DNA from: Polyangiales bacterium
Lineage (GTDB): Bacteria > Myxococcota_A > Polyangia > Polyangiales > JADJQN01
Assembly (NCBI GenBank): GCA_964202905.1
Contig: CAXNJO010000004.1
Coordinates: 256,001-320,000, forward strand
Reading direction: 5' to 3'
Length of the DNA stretch: 64,000 nt
The notes under the pieces were generated by a model, which ran no database searches, was not told the DNA's origin, and saw only the letters and a program-made list of their open reading frames with translations. Of this stretch, positions 1-12,278 are shown in pieces (the first letter of the stretch is position 1; each line of letters opens with the position of its first letter). The position numbers and the translations under genes were made by a program.

Positions 1-9
1 TCGCACGCG

Positions 10-2011
<2,002 letters not shown>

Positions 2012-2069
2012 GCACGGCTGCGACGTCGCGTGGGGCGGCCGGCACCAAGCACCAAGCACCAACAACGAC

Positions 2070-2104
2070 GAAGGCCGACGTCGCGTGAGCGAGTCGGCCT
2101 TCTC
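2070..2104. terminator. Stem-loop between convergent clpA and lipoprotein genes
   Basis: GAAGGCCGAC-g-TCGC-gtga-GCGA-GTCGGCCTTC inverted repeat between two convergent stop codons. Confidence 0.6.
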
Positions 2105-2155
2105 GTTCGAAGAGGTCAGCGGGCGGCCGTTGCGGCACACCGCGCCATCAGCGTT

Positions 2156-2836
2156 TCACGCTGCGTCGGGAGCCGCGGTCCCCGCGTCGACGGTCGACGT
2201 GCCGGCGTCGGCCGCGGGCGTGCCGGCGTCCATCGCGGGCGCAGTCGGCGCGAAGCAGTCGGCGGGGTAGCCCATCGACGCGTCGAAGCAATCGGCCACG
2301 CCGCCCGCGCAGGTGCGCACGGCCCCGAGCTCGGCCGAACAGGCCGGACAGGAGGTCGGGTTGGTGCAGCCGTTCGCATCGAGACAGCAGAAGAAGGCGT
2401 CGAACTGCGCGTCGCAGCCGCCCTCGTAGAAGCACGCGAGCTGCTGGAGGTTGAAACAACCATCGCAGTCGAGCGGGCCGCCCATGGTCATCAGCGCGGG
2501 CGTGGTGTCCGCGGCGAGCGCGTTCCCGATGCAGGTCGCGGCGGTCATGGACATGGGGAGGCCGCACGCGACGACGGCGGCCTGCGTCTCGGCGGTGCAG
2601 CGCGGGAGCGCCTCGGCCGGGAGCGGCATGACCGGGTCGGGCATGCAAACGGGGCCCATGTCGACGGGCGAGGGCGGGCCCATGTCGACGGGCGCGGCGC
2701 CGAGGTCGGCACCGGCGTCGATCATGATGACCGGACCGACGCCCGTGTCATCGTCGTCGCCGCAGGCGGCGAGGGACGAAGCGACGAGGACGAGCGCGGC
2801 GGTGCGCAGAATGGCGGGGCGGGGGAGGCGGAGCAT
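2156..2836 (-). CDS. Cys-rich lipoprotein of unknown function
   Basis: Start MLRLPRPAILRTAALVLVASSLAAC (lipobox), acidic DAG/DMG linker, many paired Cys (CDGC, CC, CPAC). Confidence 0.7.
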   Translation of the reverse strand: MLRLPRPAILRTAALVLVASSLAACGDDDDTGVGPVIMIDAGADLGAAPVDMGPPSPVDMGPVCMPDPVMPLPAEALPRCTAETQAAVVACGLPMSMTAATCIGNALAADTTPALMTMGGPLDCDGCFNLQQLACFYEGGCDAQFDAFFCCLDANGCTNPTSCPACSAELGAVRTCAGGVADCFDASMGYPADCFAPTAPAMDAGTPAADAGTSTVDAGTAAPDAA

Positions 2837-2952
2837 CGTGTAGTCTCTCTTCGTTGGCGCGGCCCGGACCTCGGGCGCAAGGCGCGCAAAGGGAGCACGC
2901 ACACCGCGGGCACGCAACAACCGAGCGATTTTCGAGGACACGGACGCGCCGC

Positions 2953-3693
<741 letters not shown>

Positions 3694-3784
3694 ACCGACG
3701 CGGGCGCAGCCCGGGCGAGCGACGCCATTGCAACGCGGTTGCGACACCGTTGCGACGCCGGGAGCGTTCCCCTACCCTCACCCG

Positions 3785-5290
3785 ATGCCGCCCAGCGCGC
3801 TCGTCCGTCTCGCACTTCCCTTCACGATCGCCCTCGCGCTCGCCGCGTGCACGCGCGGGCGCGACACCGGCTCGGGCGTGTGTGCGCCCGGGCTCTGCGA
3901 TCCCGACCTCGGCGGGCGCGATCTCGGGTCGGTCGACGCCGGTCCGCCCGGTCTCGACGGCGGGCCGATTCTTGCCCCCGATCTCGGGCCGCCCGACCTC
4001 GGCCGCGACTACCGCGACGCCGCGCCCGTCGTGCCTTGCACCGTCGCGTGCGGCGACACCGAGCTTTGCGGCGACACGGGCGACGGCAACGGCTTCGACG
4101 ACGACTGCGACGGCGCCGTCGACGAGGACTGCACGTGCACGATCGGCACGACGCGCGCGTGCTTCCTCGGGCCGCCCGATCGCCGCGGGATCGGCGTCTG
4201 CGCCGACGGCCTGATGGCGTGCACGGAATTCTTGCAGTGGGGGCCCTGCTCGGGCGGGCAGTTCCCGGGCGACGAGCTCTGCGATGGCGCGGACAACGAC
4301 TGCAACGGCCTCGCGGACGACGGCATCGCCGGCTGCGCGACGGCGCTCTTCTGCCCCGGCTCGGAGGCGGCGATCCCCCTCTCGACGCACGCCCTCCGGG
4401 GAAGCCGCATCTACACGGGGAGCGCGACGTCCTGGCAGTGGACGATCAGCTGCCCGTCGACCGTCGCGACCTGTCCGCTGCCGATGGCGCCGACCTCGGC
4501 CGACACGGACATCTACTTCGCGCAGAGCGGCAGCTACCGCGCGCGCCTCGAGGTGACGACGGAGTCCGGCGAGACGCTGTCGTGCGAGTGGGTGATCTTC
4601 GTGCAGGGCGCGGGGCTCCGCGTCGAGCTCGCGTGGGACACGCAGGGCCCGTACGACACGGGCACGGACGTCGACCTGCACCTGCACCGCCGCACCGTGC
4701 CGGACGGCGCGCTCGTCGCGGACACCGACTTCTTCACCGACGACGACTGCTACTACGCGAACTGCAAGGCCTCGACGTATGGCGGGATCTGGGGCGGCGG
4801 CGGGGTCCGCGACATCTGGGGCCTCCCCGACACGCCCGACGTCACGGCCTGCTCCGGGGCGCCCAACGGCGAGGGCGCCGCGTGGGCCGCGCTCGGCGCC
4901 TGCTACAACCCGCGCCTCGACGTCGACATCATCTCGTGCGACCCGGCGATCACCGACCCGATGGACCCGGGCGGCAACTTCTGCGCGCCCGAGAACATCA
5001 ACGTCGACAACCCGCCGAACGGCTCGACCTACCGCATCATGGTCGACTACTTCTCGTCGCGCGGCCTCCCGGGCGCGACGCACCCGACGGTCAACGTCTA
5101 CTGTGGCGGGGACCTGCGCGGCTCCTTCGGCTCGGATCCGTTCGTCGAGCTGACCGACGACTCCCAGCGCTGGCTCGTCGCCGACGTGAAGTTCTTCACC
5201 GACGCGTGCGGTGCGGTGACGTGCTCCATCGAGCCGCTCGGCTCGCTCATCCGCACGGACCAAGCGTTCGGCCCGCCCTGGAGCTTCTGA
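3785..5290 (+). CDS. Lipoprotein with DxDCDG (MopE-related) repeats and a C-terminal YfaP/DUF2135-like domain
   Basis: Lipobox LALAAC; DDDCDGAVDE and DNDCNGLADDG repeats; GLRVELAWD..DVDLHL..PENINVDNP. Confidence 0.75.
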   Translation: MPPSALVRLALPFTIALALAACTRGRDTGSGVCAPGLCDPDLGGRDLGSVDAGPPGLDGGPILAPDLGPPDLGRDYRDAAPVVPCTVACGDTELCGDTGDGNGFDDDCDGAVDEDCTCTIGTTRACFLGPPDRRGIGVCADGLMACTEFLQWGPCSGGQFPGDELCDGADNDCNGLADDGIAGCATALFCPGSEAAIPLSTHALRGSRIYTGSATSWQWTISCPSTVATCPLPMAPTSADTDIYFAQSGSYRARLEVTTESGETLSCEWVIFVQGAGLRVELAWDTQGPYDTGTDVDLHLHRRTVPDGALVADTDFFTDDDCYYANCKASTYGGIWGGGGVRDIWGLPDTPDVTACSGAPNGEGAAWAALGACYNPRLDVDIISCDPAITDPMDPGGNFCAPENINVDNPPNGSTYRIMVDYFSSRGLPGATHPTVNVYCGGDLRGSFGSDPFVELTDDSQRWLVADVKFFTDACGAVTCSIEPLGSLIRTDQAFGPPWSF

Positions 5291-5354
5291 GCACGGCGCG
5301 CGACGACGCGCCCTGCGCGGGGTGTGCCCCCGCGCGAGGCGCTCGGGCGTGTCT

Positions 5355-6899
5355 TCAGGGCGTGACGGTGACGTCGAGTTGGAAGCGCCCGGGCGCGGCC
5401 GCGAACGAGTCGACGACGATGAAATAGAGCCCCGCCGGCACATCCGTCAGCTCGAGGCGCGCGAGCTCCGGGCGGGGTTCGCCGAAGAGATCGTCCGCGC
5501 ACCACGCGACCACCGGCGTCCCCGAGCAGCCCGTGAACGCGTAGAGCGTCGTGTCGAAATTCGTGTACGCGTTGTAGGTCGAGAACGACACGCGCGACGC
5601 AGGCGCCGCCAGTTCGAACCGGACGAGCGCCTCCGGCCGACCGCGCGGATCGCCGCTCGAACAACCCGTCGGTGCGTCCCACAGCGAGGGCACGCTCACC
5701 TCGCCGCGCACGCTCCCCGTGCCACCGCTGGTCTCGAGCGCGAGCGCCCCCATGCACGCCGCCGCGCGCGCCTCGGACACGCCGACACAGCGGTTCGTCG
5801 CGCCGAGCATGCCGGGCGAGCACACGCCCGCGCCGCAGGAGTCGAAGCCGCGCGGATCGCAGGACTGCCCGACCATGCGGAGCGGCGGCGCGCCGAGGTC
5901 CGCGGTCGCAGGTGCGCTCGGGCGATCGCCGCGATCCCGCGCGACGAGGCTCACGCGCGGCACGTTCTCCGCGAAGAACGTCGAGGCCGAGAAGCGGAAG
6001 AAGAACACGCCCCCCATCGACGCGTCCCGCGCGTCCGCGGCGAAGCTCGTCGACTCGGGCGAGCCGTCGCCGTCGAGGTCGAGCGCGACGGGCATGCCGG
6101 CCGCGTCGAGGAACGCGATGTCGATCTGCGAGACGTCGTCGTCGAGGTCGGTCCCCTCGATGAGGATGTCGGCGCCCCCGAGCACGGTCACGTACGCCGC
6201 GCGCGTGATCGCCGGGGCGACGCCCTCGGTGCAGACGGACGGCGTCCCCATGCGGCAGCCGAGCCCATCGGCGCAGCGATTCGCGCGGAAGCCCGGGTCG
6301 CAGATCGCGTCCAACGCGAGCACGGGCTGCTCGGCGACCGGCGCCTCGACCGGCGCGGAGCGTGTGTCGCGCGCATCGACGAGCACGACCCGCACGCGCG
6401 CGATCTCCGGGTGAAGGCCCCGCAAGCGCGGGAACGTCCCCGACGCCGGGCCCTCGGCGGTGCCGGTGATCGGGGCGTCGAGGGGCACGACGGTGTTGCC
6501 CGAGTCGACCATCCCGTCGGCATCCGAGTCGTAGAGCGGAACCTCAGCCCCCGCCCCGTCGAGGAAGGTCACGTCGAGCGTGCTCGCGTCACCGTCCGCG
6601 TCGCTGCCGACGAGATCGATGCGCAGATCGTCACCGAAACGCCCGACCTGCCGGGCCGTCGCGCTCGCGAGGACGGGCGGCATCGGCGGCGGGCCGTTCA
6701 TGTCGAGTGGTTCAACCATTCCATCCGGCGGGTCCACCATCCCGCCGTCGACCTCCCCTGCGTCGACGTCCCCCGCGTCCGGCGCCGGAGGCGTTCCGCC
6801 GTCGTCGTCTCCACAGGCCGAGAGACCGGCGAGCCCACCGACCAACGCCCCCCACACGAGCCACCGACGCACGCAGTCCACCGACGAGACAGGAGTCAT
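5355..6899 (-). CDS. Secreted lipoprotein with two repeated beta-sandwich units and a C-terminal PPC-like domain
   Basis: Lipobox LAGLSAC-GDDD; repeated unit G.D.DGD....FLD.AG..V..D.D.DG; C-terminal FDTTLYAF..C..DD..PAGLYFIVVDS. Confidence 0.65.
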   Translation of the reverse strand: MTPVSSVDCVRRWLVWGALVGGLAGLSACGDDDGGTPPAPDAGDVDAGEVDGGMVDPPDGMVEPLDMNGPPPMPPVLASATARQVGRFGDDLRIDLVGSDADGDASTLDVTFLDGAGAEVPLYDSDADGMVDSGNTVVPLDAPITGTAEGPASGTFPRLRGLHPEIARVRVVLVDARDTRSAPVEAPVAEQPVLALDAICDPGFRANRCADGLGCRMGTPSVCTEGVAPAITRAAYVTVLGGADILIEGTDLDDDVSQIDIAFLDAAGMPVALDLDGDGSPESTSFAADARDASMGGVFFFRFSASTFFAENVPRVSLVARDRGDRPSAPATADLGAPPLRMVGQSCDPRGFDSCGAGVCSPGMLGATNRCVGVSEARAAACMGALALETSGGTGSVRGEVSVPSLWDAPTGCSSGDPRGRPEALVRFELAAPASRVSFSTYNAYTNFDTTLYAFTGCSGTPVVAWCADDLFGEPRPELARLELTDVPAGLYFIVVDSFAAAPGRFQLDVTVTP

Positions 6900-6981
6900 G
6901 GCGGCCGATACGGTGCCTGTTGCAAGGAACTTGAGGGCCACGGCATGCCCTGCGCCGACGGGATGCGCAGTCCAACGACGG

Positions 6982-7022
6982 AAAAGAGAAAGGCCGCCGC
7001 GAGCCTGAGCCCGCGACGGCCT
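6982..7022 (-). terminator. Rho-independent terminator of the RTX-repeat gene
   Basis: Minus strand AGGCCGTCGCGGGC-TCAG-GCTCGCGGCGGCCT followed by TTCTCTTTTC, about 25 nt after the stop. Confidence 0.8.
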
Positions 7023-7046
7023 CCGTCGTGCGTCAGCGACTCGCGA

Positions 7047-8975
7047 TCAGAGCTCGCAGTCCGCCGCCGCGTTCAACCCCGGGGAGAAGTTGATCGCGAT
7101 GTCGTCGCCCGCGCCGCAGGTCACCGTCGCGCCGCCCGCGCCGCCGTCGATGGTGTCGTCGCCCGCGCCGCTGTCGATGACGTCGAGACCGATGCCGCCC
7201 GAGATCTCGTTCGCGAGCGTGTTGCCCGTGATCGTGTCGACCGCGGTCCCGCCATTGAGGTTCTCGATGTCCGCCTTGACGTTGTCCGCCTCAAGCGCGA
7301 GACCGTCATCGGCCGCGACGCCGTCCATCGTGACGATGAGCGCCGCGACGCGCGCGCCGTAGTCGACGAGATCGATGCCCGCGCCGCCGTTGAAGACGTC
7401 GCCGCCGTTGGTCGCCGCGCCCTCGCTGAACGTGTCGTTTCCGTCGCCGCCGTTGAGCGTGTCGTTGCCGGCGCCGCCCGTGAGCGCGTCGTTGCCAGCC
7501 TCGCCGTTGAGCGTGTCGATGCCGGTCCCGCCCGTGAGCGTGTCGTTGCCGGCGCCGCCGGACACGGTGTTGGTGCCGTTCCCGGCGGTGATCACGTTGT
7601 CGAGCGTGTTGCCCGTGATCGTGTCGTCCACGGTTCCGCCAGAGAGGTTCTCGACGTCGACCTTGATGTTGTCCGCCTCGCCCGTCTCGCCGTCGTTCGC
7701 GGCGACGCCGTCCATCGTCACCGTGAGGTTCGCGGTGCGCGCGCTGTAGTTCACGGTGTCGGTGCCCGTGCCGCCGTTGATGACGTCACCGCCGCTGGTC
7801 GCCGCCTCCTCGTCGAAGGTGTCGTTGCCCGCGTCGCCGTTGAGCGTGTCGTTGCCGAGGCCGCCGATGAGCGTGTCGTCGCCGGCACCGCCGTTGAAGG
7901 TGTTCGCGCCCGCGTCGCCCGTGAGGCTGTCGGCCGCGCTGCCGGCCGTGACGATCTCGACCTCGATGTTGATGTCGTCGGTCTCGGCAGCCTCACCATC
8001 GTTGGCGGCCAGGCCCACGGTGACCGTGAGCGGATTCGTGCGCGCGCCGTAGTTCACGGTGTCGGTGCCCGTGCCGCCGGCGATCGTGTCGTTGCCCGTG
8101 CCCGTGAACGTCATCGCATCGACGCTCGCGCCCTCGTTGAACAAGTCGTTGCCCGCGCCGCCGGCGAGGATGTCGTTCCCCAGGCCGCCGGTGATCGTGT
8201 CGTTGCCGTCGTCACCGTTGGTCGTGTCGACGCCGAGGCCACCGTTGAGGATGTCGTCGCCCAGACCGCCGTTCAGGAGATCGACGCCGTCAGAGCCGGA
8301 GAGGGTGTCGTTGCCGTCACCGCCGAAGACCGTCACACCCGCCGTCACACCCGCCGGAACGGCACCGCCGGTCACGGCGAAGACGTCGTTGCCGCTCGCG
8401 AGGCTGAACTGGAGGGACTCGACGTTCGTGATGTCGATGTCGCGGTTCGCGCCGGCGTCCGTGAACACGCCCGCCGACGTGACCTGCATGTTGTCGATGG
8501 CCGACGAGCCGCGGATGCGGAGCGAGTCGATGCCGCCGAGGCCGTCGAACGTGATGCCGCGCGCCGTCGCCGTGCCGGTGGCGAACACGCCGTTGAGGAA
8601 GTCGAGGATGACCGTCTCGGCGCCGCCCGCGGTGCCCACGACGTCGAGGCGCTTCAGCGTCGTCGACGTGACGAGCGTGCCGCCGCAGAGGCCACCGTTG
8701 ATGAGGATGGCGGAGTCGACGGCGCGCTTGCTGACGATGATCGTCTCCGCGGCGGCCGTCGTCACGGCCATCACGCCCGAGCTCGGCGTGAACGCGCAGA
8801 CCCCCGCGAACGGCGTCAGCGACGCGTACGCGCCCCCCGCCTCCGGGTAGAGGTTGTCGTCGCCCCAGTCCCCGACGACCGAGGCGGCCGGCGCCTCCCC
8901 CATGCAGCCCGCGAGCGTTGCGAGAATGGAGAGGCCCGTAACGAGCCTCCCGCGCTGATTCCGATTGCGATTCAT
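7047..8975 (-). CDS. RTX-type calcium-binding repeat lipoprotein
   Basis: Many GGxGxDxLx nonapeptides; ATG at 8975 with GGGAGG SD; signal LSILATLAGC. Confidence 0.85.
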   Translation of the reverse strand: MNRNRNQRGRLVTGLSILATLAGCMGEAPAASVVGDWGDDNLYPEAGGAYASLTPFAGVCAFTPSSGVMAVTTAAAETIIVSKRAVDSAILINGGLCGGTLVTSTTLKRLDVVGTAGGAETVILDFLNGVFATGTATARGITFDGLGGIDSLRIRGSSAIDNMQVTSAGVFTDAGANRDIDITNVESLQFSLASGNDVFAVTGGAVPAGVTAGVTVFGGDGNDTLSGSDGVDLLNGGLGDDILNGGLGVDTTNGDDGNDTITGGLGNDILAGGAGNDLFNEGASVDAMTFTGTGNDTIAGGTGTDTVNYGARTNPLTVTVGLAANDGEAAETDDINIEVEIVTAGSAADSLTGDAGANTFNGGAGDDTLIGGLGNDTLNGDAGNDTFDEEAATSGGDVINGGTGTDTVNYSARTANLTVTMDGVAANDGETGEADNIKVDVENLSGGTVDDTITGNTLDNVITAGNGTNTVSGGAGNDTLTGGTGIDTLNGEAGNDALTGGAGNDTLNGGDGNDTFSEGAATNGGDVFNGGAGIDLVDYGARVAALIVTMDGVAADDGLALEADNVKADIENLNGGTAVDTITGNTLANEISGGIGLDVIDSGAGDDTIDGGAGGATVTCGAGDDIAINFSPGLNAAADCEL

Positions 8976-9128
8976 CGATTCGCCTCCCTGCAGATGTTCA
9001 ACCACAACGCGCGCAGCACGTTCGTCAGGGAAGGAACGTCTCACACCGCGCAGGCCTTGAGGCGCAGGGAGCCCTTTTTTCTGGGGCAACACGTCGATTG
9101 GTGTGCGCGGGCACACATCGACGGGCCA

Positions 9129-10019
9129 TCAGATGGGATCCGAGCGCACCAGCACGACCCCGACGTCCTCACCGAGCGATGGGAGCGGCAACACCGCGAA
9201 CGCATACCAGCGGCCGTACTGCTCGCGCTCGAGGGTGAAGCCGCCCGGACTGCGCGCGAGCCCCGCGCGCCGAGACGCACCATCCGGTGCGATGGTGTCG
9301 AGATCGGGGTGCGCGCCGCGCGACGCGATGAGCGCGTCGCCGCGGTAGACGTAGGACCAGAGCACCACGCCCGCCTCGCTCGCGTGGTCGAGCTGCAACT
9401 GGCGGCTGATGCGTTGCTCGAGCCGCCAGAGCGGGATGCCGAGCGCAGCGCCGCCGACGACGCGGCCATCGTCGCGCGCGAGCGACGCGGCCGCGAACAC
9501 GATCGACGGCGACGGGTCGCCCGTGTCGGTGCGCGGGAACTCGCCGAGCGCGAACGCGGGGCGGCGCTCCGTCAGCGCGCGCGTGACGGAGGGGAAGAGC
9601 GGGCCGAGCGCGAGCCCCTTCATCGCGTCCGGGGTCGCGTCGCGCGCGAAGACCCGACCGTCCGGGTGCAACGCCGCGAGGAAGGTCATCGGCGACGCGA
9701 TGAGCTGCGGGACGCCGCGCGGCGGCTCGTGCAACTTGCGGAGGGCGACGCGCATCTGACGCTCGCGCGTGGCCTCGTCGGGGAGTGGGGCCGTGAAGCC
9801 GGGCGCGAGCCGCTCGGCCGCGCGTGCGACGCCGCCGAGATGCCGCGAGAGGTCCTCGCGCAGCATGCGCTTGACCTCCGGGACATGAACCTCGCGGAGT
9901 TTGCGCCGCGCGTTGGCGGCGCCGCTCTCCCCACACGCGAGGAGCGCGAGCGTGCAGAGCGCCGCGGCCAGGGAGGACAACGCAGTTCGGAGGCGCGGCG
10001 CGGTTCGAGGATGGGCCAT
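9129..10019 (-). CDS. Hypothetical lipoprotein, possibly a stand-alone Cache-like sensor domain
   Basis: Lipobox LALLAC; helical N-terminus followed by LHPDGRVFARD ... DDGRVVGGAALG, a Cache/PAS-like pattern. Confidence 0.55.
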   Translation of the reverse strand: MAHPRTAPRLRTALSSLAAALCTLALLACGESGAANARRKLREVHVPEVKRMLREDLSRHLGGVARAAERLAPGFTAPLPDEATRERQMRVALRKLHEPPRGVPQLIASPMTFLAALHPDGRVFARDATPDAMKGLALGPLFPSVTRALTERRPAFALGEFPRTDTGDPSPSIVFAAASLARDDGRVVGGAALGIPLWRLEQRISRQLQLDHASEAGVVLWSYVYRGDALIASRGAHPDLDTIAPDGASRRAGLARSPGGFTLEREQYGRWYAFAVLPLPSLGEDVGVVLVRSDPI

Positions 10020-10086
10020 GGGTGTCGAAGATAGCCGACACCCGCCCGGCGCGGAGGTTCCCGCGGCCGGGCCGAACGTGTGCGGC

Positions 10087-11259
10087 TCAGCCCCCGCCGA
10101 CGCCGCAGAAGAAGTCGTAGTCGACGTACTCGGTGATGGTCGGGTGATCGCCGCAGACCGGGCAGCGCGGATCGCGGCGCAGCTTGAGCGAGCCGAACTT
10201 CATCTTGAGCGAGTCGTAGGTGAGAAGACGACCGACGAGCGGCTCGCCGATGCCGAGGAGGATCTTCACCGCCTCGGTCGCCTGGATCACGCCGATGATG
10301 CCGGGCAGCACGCCGAGCACGCCCGCTTCGGAGCAGGAAGGGGCGAGCTCTGGCGGCGGCGGCTCCGGGTAGAGGCAGCGGTAGCACGGCCCCTTGCCCG
10401 GCCAGAAGGTCGTGACCTGCCCATCGAAGCGGAAGATCGAGCCGTGAACGACGGGGATCTTCTTCCAGACGCTGGCGTCGTTGACGAGGTAGCGCGTCGA
10501 GAAGTTGTCGAGGCCGTCGACGATCACGTCCCAGCCCTGATCGAAGACGCGGTCCGCGTTGTCGCGGACGAGGCGCTCGTCGAAGGTGACGACGTTCACG
10601 TCCGGGTTCAGGTTGGAGAGCGTCTTCTTCGCGCTCTCGACCTTCGACATGCCGACGCGGTCGGTGCCGTGCAGGATCTGCCGCTGCAGGTTCGAGGCGT
10701 CGACGGTGTCGGCGTCGATGATGCCGAGCGTCCCGACGCCCGCGGCCGCGAGGTAGAGCGCGCTCGGCGAGCCGAGCCCGCCCGCGCCGAGGCAGAGCAC
10801 GCGCGACTTGAGCAACTTCGCCTGCCCCTTCTCGCCGACCTCGGGGAGCATCGTGTGACGCGCGTAGCGGGCGAGCTGCGCGGGCGTCAGCTCGGCCGGC
10901 GTCTCGACGGGGTAGCCGACGTCCTTCCACCGCACGAAACCGGGGTTCGCGCTCTCGACGTCGGTGTAGCCGAGCTCGCCGAGCGCCTTCGCCGCGAACG
11001 CGCTGCGGATGCCGCCCGCGCAATAGACGACGATCTTCGCGGATTTGTCGGGGAGGCGCTGCTCGGCCTGCATCTCGAGGAAGCCGCGCGGGATCGAAAC
11101 GGCGCCGGGGATGAAGCCCGCGCGCACCTCGTCCTTCTCGCGGACATCGACGAGCGTGAAGCGCTCGCGCGCCTCGAGGCGCCGCTTGAGCTCCTCGAGC
11201 GTGAGGGTCCTGATGCTCGACTTCACGTCCTGAAGCAGATCCGAGTAGGTCTTCGCCAT
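10087..11259 (-). CDS. moeB: E1-like adenylyltransferase MoeB/MoeZ with N-terminal rhodanese domain
   Basis: Rhodanese LVDVRE..GFIPGA..YCAGGIRS; ThiF-family RYARH, GAGGLGSP, SNLQRQ, CYRC, SCSEAGVLG, CPVC. Confidence 0.9.
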   Translation of the reverse strand: MAKTYSDLLQDVKSSIRTLTLEELKRRLEARERFTLVDVREKDEVRAGFIPGAVSIPRGFLEMQAEQRLPDKSAKIVVYCAGGIRSAFAAKALGELGYTDVESANPGFVRWKDVGYPVETPAELTPAQLARYARHTMLPEVGEKGQAKLLKSRVLCLGAGGLGSPSALYLAAAGVGTLGIIDADTVDASNLQRQILHGTDRVGMSKVESAKKTLSNLNPDVNVVTFDERLVRDNADRVFDQGWDVIVDGLDNFSTRYLVNDASVWKKIPVVHGSIFRFDGQVTTFWPGKGPCYRCLYPEPPPPELAPSCSEAGVLGVLPGIIGVIQATEAVKILLGIGEPLVGRLLTYDSLKMKFGSLKLRRDPRCPVCGDHPTITEYVDYDFFCGVGGG

Positions 11260-11293
11260 GGGTCCTCGCGGCCGGGTGTATAGCGTCGCGCGC

Positions 11294-12250
11294 TCAGGCC
11301 GCCAGCCCGTCGCCGTCCACATTCCGCCCCGTCAGGAGCACGACGAGGTCGCCGTCGAAGTGCCGTGCCCGGGCACGGGCGAAGGCCACGCCGACGGCGG
11401 CGCTCCCCTCGATGACGAGGCCGAGCGCATCGCGCGCGAAGCGCATCGCGGCCGCGATCTCCGCCTCGCCGACGGTCACGAGCGTCGCCGCGCGGAGCGC
11501 CGCGACGTGCGCGAAGGTCGTGCGGGCGACGCCGCCCTCGAGCCCCTCGGCGAGCGTCGGCTCCTCGGGCTCGAAGCGCTCGATCGCGGCGCCGCGCGCC
11601 AACGAGAGCAGCATCACCGGGCTGACGTCGCTCTGCACGCCGACGAGCCGCACCGCGCTCCCCCGCGCACGCCGCGCCGCGTCGAGCCCGAGGAGCAGCC
11701 CTCCCCCGCCGACCGGCGTCACGATCGTCGCGCAGTCCGGCAGCGCATCGAGCACCTCGAGTCCGAGCGTGCCGCCGTTGCCGCAAGCCACGTCGGGGTC
11801 GTCGTAGGGCGAGACGAAACGTGCGCCGGTCGCGGCGGCGTCGCGGAGCGCGGCGTCCTCCGCGGCGTCGTAACCGCCGTGCGCGACCTCGCGGACATCG
11901 GCGCCGAGCGCACGGATCCCATCGACCTTCACGCGGGGCGCGCTCGCGGGGACGAAGATCCGCGCGCGCAGGCCGAGCGCCCGCGCGGCCCACGCCATGC
12001 CGAGCCCGTGGTTGCCCGCGGACGCCGCGACCGCGCCGCAGCGCGCGATCTCCGGAGCACGCGCGGAGAGCGCCGCGAGCGCGCCGCGCACCTTGAACGA
12101 GCCTGTGTGCTGCTCGGTTTCGCGCTTGATCCAGACGCGTTCGCCGAGCTGCGGGGCGCGCTCGAGCGGGGTGCGCGGGAGGTGCGCGGCGACGGCCGCG
12201 AGGGCGGCCGGCAGGTGCCGATTCAGGTCGATGGTCCAGGTCGCCGTCAT
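11294..12250 (-). CDS. PLP-dependent threonine/serine dehydratase family protein (no regulatory domain)
   Basis: TGSFKVRGA (PLP Lys), ASAGNHG, PVGGGGLL, TLAEGL, EGSAAVG, LTGRNVD. Confidence 0.85.
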   Translation of the reverse strand: MTATWTIDLNRHLPAALAAVAAHLPRTPLERAPQLGERVWIKRETEQHTGSFKVRGALAALSARAPEIARCGAVAASAGNHGLGMAWAARALGLRARIFVPASAPRVKVDGIRALGADVREVAHGGYDAAEDAALRDAAATGARFVSPYDDPDVACGNGGTLGLEVLDALPDCATIVTPVGGGGLLLGLDAARRARGSAVRLVGVQSDVSPVMLLSLARGAAIERFEPEEPTLAEGLEGGVARTTFAHVAALRAATLVTVGEAEIAAAMRFARDALGLVIEGSAAVGVAFARARARHFDGDLVVLLTGRNVDGDGLAA

Positions 12251-12278
12251 GCCGGTCGCGAGCGTACACAACCCCGCG

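Noticed and set aside
2042..2062. GCACCAA x3 short tandem repeat
   Set aside because: Too short, lies in the error-prone end region, no evident function.
6910..6945. Possible sigma54 site upstream of the 5355-6899 gene
   Set aside because: TGGC and TTGC are present but not at the required GG-N10-GC spacing.
7047..8330. Repetitive DNA that might be a CRISPR array
   Set aside because: Degenerate in-frame RTX coding repeats; no constant repeat with unique spacers and no cas genes.
5322..10034. 1570-aa + strand ORF, and similar giant ORFs at 21971-25690, 30110-34507, 38827-42267, 43671-47243, 48689-52843
   Set aside because: Antisense shadows of real genes; Arg/Ala-rich with no motifs, as expected when high GC removes stop codons.
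11294..12250. CysM/CysO-type cysteine synthase next to moeB
   Set aside because: Motifs (SFKVRGA, SAGNHG) are dehydratase-type, not SVKDR/TSGNTG; no carrier or JAMM gene present.
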